From an uncultured delta proteobacterium (GTDB lineage Bacteria; Myxococcota_A; Polyangia; Polyangiales; B10-G4), in the NCBI GenBank assembly GCA_963727445.1, contig CAVSGI010000021.1, positions 224,001 through 288,000 of the forward strand: a DNA stretch of 64,000 bases. The letters are read 5' to 3'. Under the pieces are notes generated by a model. It was not told the DNA's origin, did not search any database, and saw only the letters and a list, made by a program, of their open reading frames with translations. A program made the position numbers and the translations under genes. Shown here piece by piece: positions 1 to 10,280 of the stretch (position 1 is its first letter; every line of letters starts with the position of its first letter).

Positions 1-1
1 G

Positions 2-331
2 AAGGCCGATCGCGCGCGCGCGCTCGCCGAAGCGCTCGACGAGCCGATCACCACCCCCGAAGGCGTCGACCACGCGCGGCGCATCCTCGCCGACCACCAA
101 ACGCCTGCGCGCGATCTTCTCCCCGTTCCCCCCGAAGGTTCACCGCTCACCCTCGACTTGCTCGAGGCCCTCCAAGCGCTCTGCATCCACACGCCCACCT
201 ACGGGACCCGATCGGCGGCGGTGATCGTCGCGAAGGAAGGGCGGCTCGTCGACTATCGCTACGCCGACGGCCCTCCGTGTCAGGCTACGCTCGACAGCGT
301 CGTTCACCTCTTCGAAGGACGCTTACTGTAA
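2..331 (+). CDS. NRDE/TANGO2 family protein, 3' part (runs off window start)
   Basis: Frame 2 open from the window start to TAA 329-331; my translation has ILADH...ALCIHTPTYGTRS...YADGPPC, typical of the NRDE C-terminus. Not in the ORF track. Confidence 0.75.
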   Translation, partial: KADRARALAEALDEPITTPEGVDHARRILADHQTPARDLLPVPPEGSPLTLDLLEALQALCIHTPTYGTRSAAVIVAKEGRLVDYRYADGPPCQATLDSVVHLFEGRLL

Positions 332-344
332 GCTCGTCCGTTCG

Positions 345-1856
<1,512 letters not shown>

Positions 1857-1857
1857 C

Positions 1858-2169
1858 GTGGCCAAACGCCCGCTCACGCTCACCGGCGCTCAACGCCGCC
1901 AGCTCAAGGCCCTCGCCCACGACCTCTCCCCCCTGGTTCAGGTCGGCGCCAAGGGCATCACCCAGCAGCTCCTCGACGCGATCGATCAGGCGCTGACCGA
2001 CCACGAGCTCATCAAGGTTCGCGTGCAGGAGAGCTGCCCCGTTCCGCGCAAGGAGGCCGCGGCGCTGCTCGCCGATCCGGTCGACGCCCACGAGGTCGGG
2101 CTGATCGGAAGGGTGGTCATCCTCTACCGACGCCACCCCACAGAGCCCACCATCCCTCTGCGCACCTGA
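1858..2169 (+). CDS. yhbY: YhbY ribosome-assembly RNA-binding protein (CRM domain)
   Basis: LTGAQRRQLKALAHDLSPLVQVG..GIT..ALTDHELIKVR..IGRVVILYR. Confidence 0.93.
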   Translation: MAKRPLTLTGAQRRQLKALAHDLSPLVQVGAKGITQQLLDAIDQALTDHELIKVRVQESCPVPRKEAAALLADPVDAHEVGLIGRVVILYRRHPTEPTIPLRT

Positions 2170-3257
2170 TGCACCTCGAGGCGCTCCCCACCCCCGCCGC
2201 CGTGATCGACCTCGACGTCCTCGAGGCCAACGTCGCGCGGCAGCGCCAGCGTGCCGAAACGCTGGGCGTGGCTCTGAGGCCGCACGTCAAGACCCACAAG
2301 TGCATCGAGATCGCGCGCATGCAGCGCGACGCGGGGGCCCGAGGCATCACCGTGAGCACGCTGGCCGAAGCGCGGGTCTTCGCCGACGCCGGCTTCGACG
2401 ACATCATTTGGGCCTTTCCCCTGGTGCCGAGCCGCCTCTCCGAGGTGCGCGAGCTCGCCGCGCGCGTGCGCCTCGGCCTGCTCGTCGATTCGATCGAAGC
2501 GGTGGACGTCCTCGCTGCGACGAGAGAGGCGCTGCACGTCTGGCTCGAGGTGGACTCCGGAGACCATCGCTCGGGCGTCGATCCCGAGGGCGGCCTCGGA
2601 ATCGAGATCGCGCGCCGACTTCACGATTCGAAGCGGCTCCGCTTCGAAGGGCTCCTGACGCACGCCGGTCATTCCTACGCATGCCGCTTCGGTCGCGGGC
2701 TCGCCGAAATCGCGGAGCAGGAGCGCGCCGTCACCGTGGGACTCGCCGATCGATTGCGGGACGGAGGCGTGAGCGTCGAGCACGTGAGCGTGGGCTCGAC
2801 GCCCACCATCTCCGCGGCGCGCGATCTGAGCGGCGTTTCCGAGATCCGCCCCGGGAACTACGTCTTCCACGACTACACGCAGACGGTGATCGGATCGGCT
2901 GGCGTCTCCGATTGCGCCATGACCGTCGTCTCCACCGTGGTCAGCCATCGACCGGGTGACGCGCGCTCGGTCTGCGACGCGGGCGGCCTCGCCCTGTCGA
3001 AGGAGAGCGGCCCGAGCGGCGTCCCCGAGACCATGGGCCGGGTCTATGCGGACTACGACGACAAGCGGCTCGACGAGGAGGTGATGCTCACCTCCCTGAG
3101 CCAGGAACACGGAGTCCTGAGGGGGGCGCTGCCGGTGGGCAAGCGCCTGCGGATCCTGCCCAACCACTCCTGCATGGCCGCCGCCTGCTTCGACCGCTAC
3201 CACGTCGTCCGCGGCGAAGAGGTCGTGGCCGAGTGGCCCATCCACCGCGCCCGTTGA
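2169..3257 (+). CDS. PLP-dependent fold-type III enzyme (D-serine dehydratase DSD1 / D-threonine aldolase family)
   Basis: TPAAVIDL, RPHVKTHK (PLP Lys), THAGHSY, EIRPGNYVFHD, SLSQEHG, ILPNHSC. Confidence 0.9.
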   Translation: MHLEALPTPAAVIDLDVLEANVARQRQRAETLGVALRPHVKTHKCIEIARMQRDAGARGITVSTLAEARVFADAGFDDIIWAFPLVPSRLSEVRELAARVRLGLLVDSIEAVDVLAATREALHVWLEVDSGDHRSGVDPEGGLGIEIARRLHDSKRLRFEGLLTHAGHSYACRFGRGLAEIAEQERAVTVGLADRLRDGGVSVEHVSVGSTPTISAARDLSGVSEIRPGNYVFHDYTQTVIGSAGVSDCAMTVVSTVVSHRPGDARSVCDAGGLALSKESGPSGVPETMGRVYADYDDKRLDEEVMLTSLSQEHGVLRGALPVGKRLRILPNHSCMAAACFDRYHVVRGEEVVAEWPIHRAR

Positions 3258-3337
3258 GCCCTGGCCGAGACCTTTCGTACTCACGCCTCGCGTTCACGAT
3301 CCATGGGTCTCGACCCGAGATCACACGCGAAATCACC

Positions 3338-3353
3338 CGGCACGCTCCCTGCT
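3338..3353 (+). promoter_or_regulatory. Candidate sigma-54 (-24/-12) promoter
   Basis: CGGCACGCTCCCTGCT has exact GG-N10-GC spacing, 30 bp upstream of ATG 3383; GGAGG lies between them. Confidence 0.5.
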
Positions 3354-3382
3354 CTCGTTCGCGGCCGGAGGACATCAAAGGC

Positions 3383-4168
3383 ATGAACAAGCGCACGCTC
3401 ATCTCTCTCGTCGCAGCTCTCACCCTCGTCGCCGCCGCCGGCTGTCGGGTCCAGAACGCCTACCAGCGCTGGGCCTCGCAAGCGAACGACTCGGTGGACG
3501 TGGTGCAGGGCGAGTCGGCGCTCCTCATGGCCACCACCGAGAACGTCGACCCCTCGATGACCGGGGAGGAGGCCGCCCTCGCGGCCGCCGACGGCGCGAG
3601 CCGCTTCTGGCAGCCGAGCGGCTGCCTCACCACCAGCGTCGACGGCCGCACCGCCACCTACACCCTCGACGATTGCAGCGGGCCCTACGGCCTCCTTCAC
3701 GTCACCGGTGTGGTCGTCGTGACCTACACGATTCAGGGCGAAGGCATCGGCTACGAGTCGCGCTCCGAAGGTCTCGACATCAACGGCGCGACCGTCGACA
3801 TCAACGGGCAGGGCGTTTACAACCGCGTCGGCACCCACCACGAGATCGTCGGCTCCATCAACGGCAGCGGCGTCGGTCCGCGCGGCAACGAGTTCACCCG
3901 CCAGGGCAACCGCACCATCTCCTGGGACTCGGAGACCCGCTGCTTCGCCCTCGACGGCGTGTGGATGACCGACGTCGAAGGCTCCCGCTGGACCACCACG
4001 GTGGAGGACTACGAGAAGTGCGCCGACGCCTGCCCGGACGCGGGCGCGGACATTCGCTGGGAGAGCGCACGGGGCACCCTGAGCGTGAGCTTCGATGGGA
4101 GCGACGTGGCGGCTTGGGAGAGCAGCGCCGGCCGCAGCGGAACCGTCGACCTCTATTGCGGCGGCTGA
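3383..4168 (+). CDS. Hypothetical beta-rich lipoprotein
   Basis: MNKRTLISLVAALTLVAAAGC lipobox, GGAGG RBS, paired Cys; start trimmed from ORF 3233. Confidence 0.8.
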   Translation: MNKRTLISLVAALTLVAAAGCRVQNAYQRWASQANDSVDVVQGESALLMATTENVDPSMTGEEAALAAADGASRFWQPSGCLTTSVDGRTATYTLDDCSGPYGLLHVTGVVVVTYTIQGEGIGYESRSEGLDINGATVDINGQGVYNRVGTHHEIVGSINGSGVGPRGNEFTRQGNRTISWDSETRCFALDGVWMTDVEGSRWTTTVEDYEKCADACPDAGADIRWESARGTLSVSFDGSDVAAWESSAGRSGTVDLYCGG

Positions 4169-4647
4169 TCCGCCGACCCCTTCCTGACGGCCCAATAGGC
4201 CGTGTCCACGGCCTCCTCCGGCGACTCTGCCCGGGGGAGGCCTTCGGGTCCGTGACGGCCGCAGAGGATCACGGGGCGGTCGAGCTTCTTCGCGAGGGCA
4301 ATCTCGCTGAGCGTCCCCCAGCTCCCCTCGAAGGCCACGATGGCGTCGGCGCTGCACGCGTTCACCCAGTTCCGCCCGTCGCCCATGCCGGTGAAGAGCG
4401 CGACGTGCACGTAGGGGTTGGGCGCCGACTCCTCGGCGTTCTTTCCGGGCAGGACACCGATCACCAGCCCGCCGCTCGTCGCCGCGCCCTTGGCCGCGGA
4501 CTCCATGACCCCGCCGCGACCCCCGCAGAGAAGAACGGCCCGATGCTCCGCCACCCGCCGCCCGGCCTTCTCGGCCGCGCGGCACACGTTCTTCGGGGCA
4601 TCGGCGGCGCCCATGATCCCGATCACGATTCGATGGGTTCGGCTCAT
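4153..4647 (-). CDS. LOG / TIGR00725 family Rossmann-fold nucleotide-binding protein
   Basis: LLCGGRGGVME..AKGA..IGVLPG..TGMGDGRN..GSWGTLSEIALA. Confidence 0.88.
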   Translation of the reverse strand: MSRTHRIVIGIMGAADAPKNVCRAAEKAGRRVAEHRAVLLCGGRGGVMESAAKGAATSGGLVIGVLPGKNAEESAPNPYVHVALFTGMGDGRNWVNACSADAIVAFEGSWGTLSEIALAKKLDRPVILCGRHGPEGLPRAESPEEAVDTAYWAVRKGSADQPPQ

Positions 4648-4648
4648 C

Positions 4649-5416
4649 TCAGTCCTCTTCTTGGGCTCTTCCGGTCATCGGAACGAAAAGCACCGGCACC
4701 GAGCTCCTGCGTTCATACCCCGTGTCGGTCCGAGTGACCACCACCAGCTCCTGCTCCCGGGTTCCGACGGGGGCGACGAGGCGACCACCCACCGCGAGCT
4801 CGTCGAGGAGAGGCTGGGGGATCTCTGGCGGCGCGGCCGTCAGGAGGATGGCGTCGTAGGGCGCATGCTCGGGCCACCCCGCGTAGCCGTCACCGATGCG
4901 CGTGTGGACGTGGTAGCCGTTGGCCTGCAGGTTTTCGGCAGCCTGGCGCCCGAGGGCCGGCACGATCTCGATGCTGTAGACGTCCGCGCCCATCTCGGCG
5001 AGCACCGCTGCCTGGTAGCCCGAGCCCGTGCCAATCTCGAGCACGCGATCGCCGCGATGCACGCCCGCGAGCTCGGTCATGAACGCCACGATGAACGGCT
5101 GACTGATCGTCTGGTCCCAGCCGATCGGGAGCGGTCGATCGTCGTAGGCATAGGGGCGTACCTCCTCGGGCACGAAGCGTTGGCGGGGGACGCTGCGCAT
5201 CGCGGCGAGCACCTCCAGGTTGCGGATCCCGCGGGCGGAGATCTGCCGGGTCACCATGTCCCGCCGGCGCGCCACCCACGCCGGGTCTTCCTCGGCGGTC
5301 TCGGATCCGCCGGACTCGGCCATGACCCCGGGGGCAGCCGAGTTCCGGGGTTGATCCTCGTCGCAGGCGGCGGCGATGGAGAGCAGGGCGGCCAGGACGA
5401 CGAGGGGGCGCTTCAC
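4649..5416 (-). CDS. pcm: Protein-L-isoaspartate O-methyltransferase with N-terminal lipoprotein-like signal
   Basis: [57 protein letters not shown]. Confidence 0.95.
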   Translation of the reverse strand: MKRPLVVLAALLSIAAACDEDQPRNSAAPGVMAESGGSETAEEDPAWVARRRDMVTRQISARGIRNLEVLAAMRSVPRQRFVPEEVRPYAYDDRPLPIGWDQTISQPFIVAFMTELAGVHRGDRVLEIGTGSGYQAAVLAEMGADVYSIEIVPALGRQAAENLQANGYHVHTRIGDGYAGWPEHAPYDAILLTAAPPEIPQPLLDELAVGGRLVAPVGTREQELVVVTRTDTGYERRSSVPVLFVPMTGRAQEED

Positions 5417-5426
5417 CCCCCCTCAG

Positions 5427-6722
5427 CTAGTCGCAGTCCCTCAGGCGCGCCACCGAAAGCCCACTTCGACCGCTGAGGATCCAGCCAACATCCCCGTTTG
5501 CATACGTAAAGAAGTCGCTCGCGTCGCTCAGAGCGGCCGCCGGGACCGATTCGGGCGGCGCCACGGCCATCCCGTCGGCCGTGACCTGCTGCAGGAAGCT
5601 CGCGCCACCGGCGACCCAGCCGACGACCAGACCGCCGGCGAAGGGCGCGATGTTGGGCGCGCTCTCGTCGCCCATCGTCTCGGTCAGAAAGACCGGCGTC
5701 CCCGCGCTGCCGCTGCCGTCGATGCGAACGACGGCGACGTCCTCCGAGCTCCGCCCGTCGCCGGCGGTGAAGGCCGCGACGAAGCCGGTCGACAGCGGCG
5801 CGGCCCCGCCGAGGTGCGCGGTGTAGCCACCGGCGCAGTTCGCGCGCATGTCGGAATAGAGCATCGTGTTGTGGTTGAAGTAGACGCCCTTGCCCGGATA
5901 GCAGTCGGCGGCGCAGAGCGGGCCGAGGTTGGTGCCATCGTAAGAGATGCGCACCTCCATCGAGTGACTGCATCCCCAGCCCCAGACCGTGCGATCGGGC
6001 GAGCCGTCCGGATTGATCAGGCGCAGCTGGTCGCCGTAGTGAGCGACTCCGTCGTTCCAGAGCCGCTGGAGCGTGTAGTAGGCGGCCCACCTGTCGCCGG
6101 TCCACGCGAGGCGACCGTCGCGGATGCCGGTCCCGAACCACTCGTTGTCGGTGACGCCGTGATCCACCTCGCCGATCAGCAGGCGCTCGAAGGCGGTCGC
6201 GCCCGAAGCGTCCACGCCGACGAGATAGAGCGCGTCGGAGCCGCGGTTGACGAGGAGCCCCCGCGTTCCGTCGTCGGCGACCGCGAGGCCGTAGGGCCGC
6301 TCACCGCTGATGGTGACCTCTCCGCTGGGCGCGCTCGCGGCGTCCAGGGTGACCAGGTGCACCCCGTCGCCCCCGTTCCAGGCGGCGACAGCCCCAGCGC
6401 CGGGGAGCGGCGCGCCGAAGACCCGGCCGGCAGACGAGGTCCCGCCGATGGTCACGATCGTGAGCGCGTCCGCGAGGGTCGTCGCCGAGCATCCCCCTGC
6501 GTCCAAGCGAAAGGTGCCCGTGTCGGTCGTCGTGGAAGCGTCGCTCGGGGGCGGCGTGCTGGTGTCGGTCGCCGTGGCCGAGTCGGAGGGCGGCGCGCTG
6601 TCCGCCCGCGTGCTTCCGTCGGGGATGGTGGCGTCGGGAGCTGCGCCGCCCGGCCCCGAGACCTGACCGACGCACGCGGCGAGGAGCGCGAAGGTCGGCA
6701 GCGCGGAGGGGAGGGCACGCAC
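5427..6722 (-). CDS. Hypothetical lipoprotein (D/S/T linker plus beta-rich domain)
   Basis: FALLAAC lipobox; low-complexity linker; globular part containing HYGD..WGWGCSHS. Confidence 0.8.
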   Translation of the reverse strand: MRALPSALPTFALLAACVGQVSGPGGAAPDATIPDGSTRADSAPPSDSATATDTSTPPPSDASTTTDTGTFRLDAGGCSATTLADALTIVTIGGTSSAGRVFGAPLPGAGAVAAWNGGDGVHLVTLDAASAPSGEVTISGERPYGLAVADDGTRGLLVNRGSDALYLVGVDASGATAFERLLIGEVDHGVTDNEWFGTGIRDGRLAWTGDRWAAYYTLQRLWNDGVAHYGDQLRLINPDGSPDRTVWGWGCSHSMEVRISYDGTNLGPLCAADCYPGKGVYFNHNTMLYSDMRANCAGGYTAHLGGAAPLSTGFVAAFTAGDGRSSEDVAVVRIDGSGSAGTPVFLTETMGDESAPNIAPFAGGLVVGWVAGGASFLQQVTADGMAVAPPESVPAAALSDASDFFTYANGDVGWILSGRSGLSVARLRDCD

Positions 6723-6738
6723 GCCCTCAGTCTAGCGG

Positions 6739-7216
6739 TCAGTACTCGAAGCGGCCACCAAAGGAGAAATCGAAGGAGTCGTCGCTGGTCGCCGCGAAGC
6801 GGGCAAAGGGGGAGATGGTGATGGCGAAGACCTGGAAGCGTCCGGCCATCTCGATGCGGCCCCGCACCTCGACGTTCTGATTGGGGCGGACGAGCGGGCC
6901 CGCGGAGATCCCGATCTCTGATCTTCGGGTGCAGGTAGTGGCCGGCGCCGACCGCGAAGAAGTACTCGGGATGGTCCCCAATGGGGAGGGCTTCGGCCAC
7001 CACCTCGAAGGAGCCGCCGGTTCCGCCCGGATCGAGGAGCGCCTCGTAGCCCAGGGCGAAGGTCGAGGCGAAGCCGTTCTCGTCGACCTGGCTACCGACC
7101 TCGACGAAGAGGTGGTGGGTGCGCGCCCAGTACTCGGTCTCGTAGGCGGCGAGCTCCTCCGCGCTCGGCTCGATGCCGAAGATCTTCAGAAACACCAGGA
7201 CGAGCGCCGCGATCAC
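6739..7216 (-). pseudogene. Small outer-membrane beta-strand protein split by a +1 frameshift near 6919 (probably an assembly error)
   Basis: MIAALVLVF..GAGHYLHPKI in one frame continues as EIGISAGPLV..FSFGGRFEY* in the next; alternating hydrophobic strands and aromatic C-terminus. Confidence 0.6.
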
Positions 7217-7286
7217 CGGTCGGGAGAATAGCGACAGGGGACGCTCTTCGTCATCGCGTCATTTGCCGCGCGGCACGACCTTGGCC

Positions 7287-7847
7287 ATGCTGGGCGAGCC
7301 GAACGTGACCTACCGAAGCCAAGAGGATGCGCTCCGCGCCCAGCTCGAGAGCGAGAAGGCCCGCTCGAAGGAGCTCGCCGAGGAGCGGGACCGCCTCCTC
7401 AGCCGGGCGGAGCACGCGGAGGCCAAGGCGAAGCTCTATCGCCAGCTCATCGGCGTCTCCACCTGGGAGAGCGTCCGAGGATGGATCGGCGCAGTCGCCC
7501 TGCTCGGCGTGGCGGCCTTCGTCCTCGCGTTCTCCATCGCGGTCTACGGCGACGACCGGGTCGCGGAGCGCGTGGTTCTGATCTCGGTCGCTTCCTTCCT
7601 CTTCGGGCCGATGATGGCCTGGGCGCGGGCCAACCGACCCGTCGCGGGGATCGTCTTCCTGCTCTTCAAGAGCGGTCTCGTCGCGATCGCCGCGGTCACG
7701 TGGGGCTTCTTCCTTCCCTACGACGAGCAGCCGTGGGAGGCCTTCCGCTTCTTCTACTGGACGCCGGCCGGCCTCTGCGCCTTCACCATCGTCGAGGCGC
7801 TGCTGCTATGGGCCGGCGGCACCGTTCAATCCGCGGTGGAGAGCTGA
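7287..7847 (+). CDS. Hypothetical membrane protein (N-terminal coiled coil, about 4 TM helices)
   Basis: EDALRAQLESEKARSKELAEER coil followed by hydrophobic segments; start may be GTG 7305. Confidence 0.75.
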   Translation: MLGEPNVTYRSQEDALRAQLESEKARSKELAEERDRLLSRAEHAEAKAKLYRQLIGVSTWESVRGWIGAVALLGVAAFVLAFSIAVYGDDRVAERVVLISVASFLFGPMMAWARANRPVAGIVFLLFKSGLVAIAAVTWGFFLPYDEQPWEAFRFFYWTPAGLCAFTIVEALLLWAGGTVQSAVES

Positions 7848-7856
7848 GGGATCTCC

Positions 7857-8244
7857 GTGCTGCCCTACGTGCGCTTCGTTCATCTCGTCGCCGTCTCCGT
7901 CTGGACCGGCGGGTTGATCGTGCTGGCCGCCCTCGTCGTGGCGCTCCGGCGCGCGGGGGCGACGCGAGAGCACCTGCGCGCGGCGGCGCGTCAATTTCGG
8001 GCGGGTGTCGTGGACGGCGATGGCTTTCGCGATCGCGACCGGCATCGCCCAGGTCGAGCTCATGGGCATGAGCTGGCGCTACGGCCGCCTGCACCTGAAG
8101 CTCGGCCTGGTCGCCCTCACCTTCCTCCTGGCCCTCGTCCACCAATTCACGGCGACGAAGTCCTCTCCGGCCGTCCGCGGCATCTTCCAGCTCGCGGTGC
8201 TCCTGACGAGCCTCGGCATCTTCGCCGCCGCGGTCGCGCTCTGA
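7857..8244 (+). pseudogene. CopD/DUF4149-like 4-TM membrane protein split by a +1 frameshift at TTT 7995-7997
   Basis: FVHLVAVSVWTGGL..AARQF then GRVSWTAMAFAIATG..HLKLGLV..LVH; removing one T restores a single ORF. Confidence 0.7.
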
Positions 8245-8279
8245 CCCCGCGCGCCGCCGATTCGTCGTAGTCTGGGCCC

Positions 8280-9116
8280 ATGTCGGACGACGGCGGTCGC
8301 CTCGAAAGCATCCTCGAAGCCTCGCGCTCCATCGACGGGCCCGTCGTGCTGCTCACCGGCGCCGGGATCAGCGCGGAGAGCGGGATCCCCACCTTCCGCG
8401 GCGAGGAGGGGTACTGGACCGTGGGCTCCAAGAACTTCCACCCGATGGAGCTGGCGACCTGGGAGTCCTTCACCAAGATGCCGGACGAGGTCTGGGCCTG
8501 GTACCTCTACCGGCGCGGCGTCTGCCGTGCGGCCGAGCCCAACGCCGGCCACCTCGCCATCGCCGCGCTCGAGAAGAAGCTCGAAGATCGCTTCGTGCTG
8601 ATCACCCAGAACGTCGACGGGCTTCACCTGCGCGCGGGCAGCACCCCCGAACGCACGTTTCAGATCCACGGGAACATCGACTTCATGCGATGCGCCGACG
8701 ACTGCAAGCTCGATCTGTACCCGATCCCCGACGAGGTCGAGGTGGCGTGGGACAAGGGGCGCAAGATGGACGTCGCCACGCGCGAGCTCCTCCTCTGCCC
8801 CGCTTGCGGGACCCGCGCGCGCCCGCACGTCCTTTGGTTCGACGAGTACTACGACGAAGAGCACTTCCGCTTCGAGAGCTCGCTTCAGGTGGCGTCGCGG
8901 GCGTCGGTGCTCCTCGTGGTCGGCACCACCGGCCGCACCAACCTGCCGCTTCATGTCGGCGGCATCGTCGCCCGTCGCGGCGCCCCGATGATCTTCGTGA
9001 ACCCCGAGCCGACTCCGTTCACGGACATGGTCGAGGCCAACCCCAACGGGCTCTACCTCGAGGGCACCGCCGCCGCGCACCTCCCGGCTCTGATCGACGC
9101 CCTCGGCGCGCTCTGA
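8280..9116 (+). CDS. cobB: Sir2-family NAD-dependent protein deacylase
   Basis: LTGAGISAESGIPTFRG, PNAGH, ITQNVDGLH, IHGNI, C..C..CPAC zinc ligands, RPHVLWFDE, VVGT. Confidence 0.93.
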   Translation: MSDDGGRLESILEASRSIDGPVVLLTGAGISAESGIPTFRGEEGYWTVGSKNFHPMELATWESFTKMPDEVWAWYLYRRGVCRAAEPNAGHLAIAALEKKLEDRFVLITQNVDGLHLRAGSTPERTFQIHGNIDFMRCADDCKLDLYPIPDEVEVAWDKGRKMDVATRELLLCPACGTRARPHVLWFDEYYDEEHFRFESSLQVASRASVLLVVGTTGRTNLPLHVGGIVARRGAPMIFVNPEPTPFTDMVEANPNGLYLEGTAAAHLPALIDALGAL

Positions 9117-9198
9117 GCGGCCCGTCCAGCAGCCGCTTACGCGAGCGGATTAGCCACCTCGTTGTCCGAATTGTCGCGTGATCGCCGCATGCGTCTTC

Positions 9199-9214
9199 GG
9201 GTACGGGCTTTGCT
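9199..9214 (+). promoter_or_regulatory. Candidate sigma-54 promoter
   Basis: GGGTACGGGCTTTGCT: GG-N10-GC with TTGCT, just upstream of ATG 9230. Confidence 0.45.
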
Positions 9215-9229
9215 CTGGCCTCGGCGTCC

Positions 9230-10255
9230 ATGCTTCGCCTCTCGCTTTCGGCGACGGTGCTCGGCTCCGCCGTGCTCCTCGCCACCTCCTGCGCCATGCC
9301 CGCCGCGGACGGCGCCACGGCATCGATCTGCGACCGCGCCGCGGACCATCTCGCCGAGTGCGCTGGCGTCGAGCTCGCGGGGCCCGTCACCTGCGACGAG
9401 CGCGACGCGCCAGAGGCCGAGCGCCTGCTCTCCATGAGCTGCGCGGAGCTCGACGACCCCAAGGCGGACGGCGGCCTTCGGTGCAGCTGGCTCGGGCGAA
9501 AGCTCGGGATGTGCGTGCGGGTGGCGAACGACGAGGAGCTGCTGACGCAGATGGGAGCCGCCGGGCGCGAGACCCTCGACGGCGACTTCGAGGTCCTGCT
9601 CTGGAACGTCTACAAGGGCGGCGAGGAGAGCTGGGACGCCGACATGCGCGCCATCGGCAAAGGCTTCGAGCTCTTCATGGTCCAGGAGTTCTTCCTCGAC
9701 GAGGACTCCCGCCAGACCTTCGCGGAGGCGAGTGACGCGCCCGCCGAGTGGCTCTTCGCGTCGAGCTTCTTCGACGACGAGGACGTGCCCACCGGCGTCG
9801 CGACGGGGTCGCTGATCGCGAGCGGGAGCGCGCTCCCGATGCGCAGCCCGGTCCTCGAGCCGGTGCTCTCCACACCGAAGATGGCGCTCATCACCACCTA
9901 CGATCTCGGCTGGCACGAAGAGGACCTCCTGGTGGTGAACGTCCACGCGATCAACTTCCGTCTCGGCGGCGCCTTCGAAGAGCACATGGCGCTCATCGAA
10001 GGGACGATCTCCGGACACGCGGGGCCGATGATCATGGCCGGCGACTTCAACACCTGGTCGCCCGGGCGCCAGAGCACGCTGCGGGAGATGGCGGAGCGCC
10101 TCGGGCTCGAAGAGGTGCAGCCCGACGCCGACGAGCGAGGCCTGATGAAGCTCGACCACGTCTTCACCCGCGGCCTCGCGGTGCACGGGGCGCGCTTCGT
10201 GAACGGTCTCGACAGCTCCGACCACGCGCCTATCGGACTTTCAGTCGGCCCGATT
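9230..10255 (+). CDS. Endonuclease/exonuclease/phosphatase (EEP) family lipoprotein; true 3' end uncertain
   Basis: LLATSC lipobox; WNVYKG, VQE, NVHAINF, MAGDFNTW, LDHVFTRG, SSDHAPI. No stop follows the domain; the frame stays open to 11767 across the next gene, so the end given is approximate. Confidence 0.8.
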
Positions 10256-10280
10256 CGACGGACCGGCGCCCTCCGCGCCC

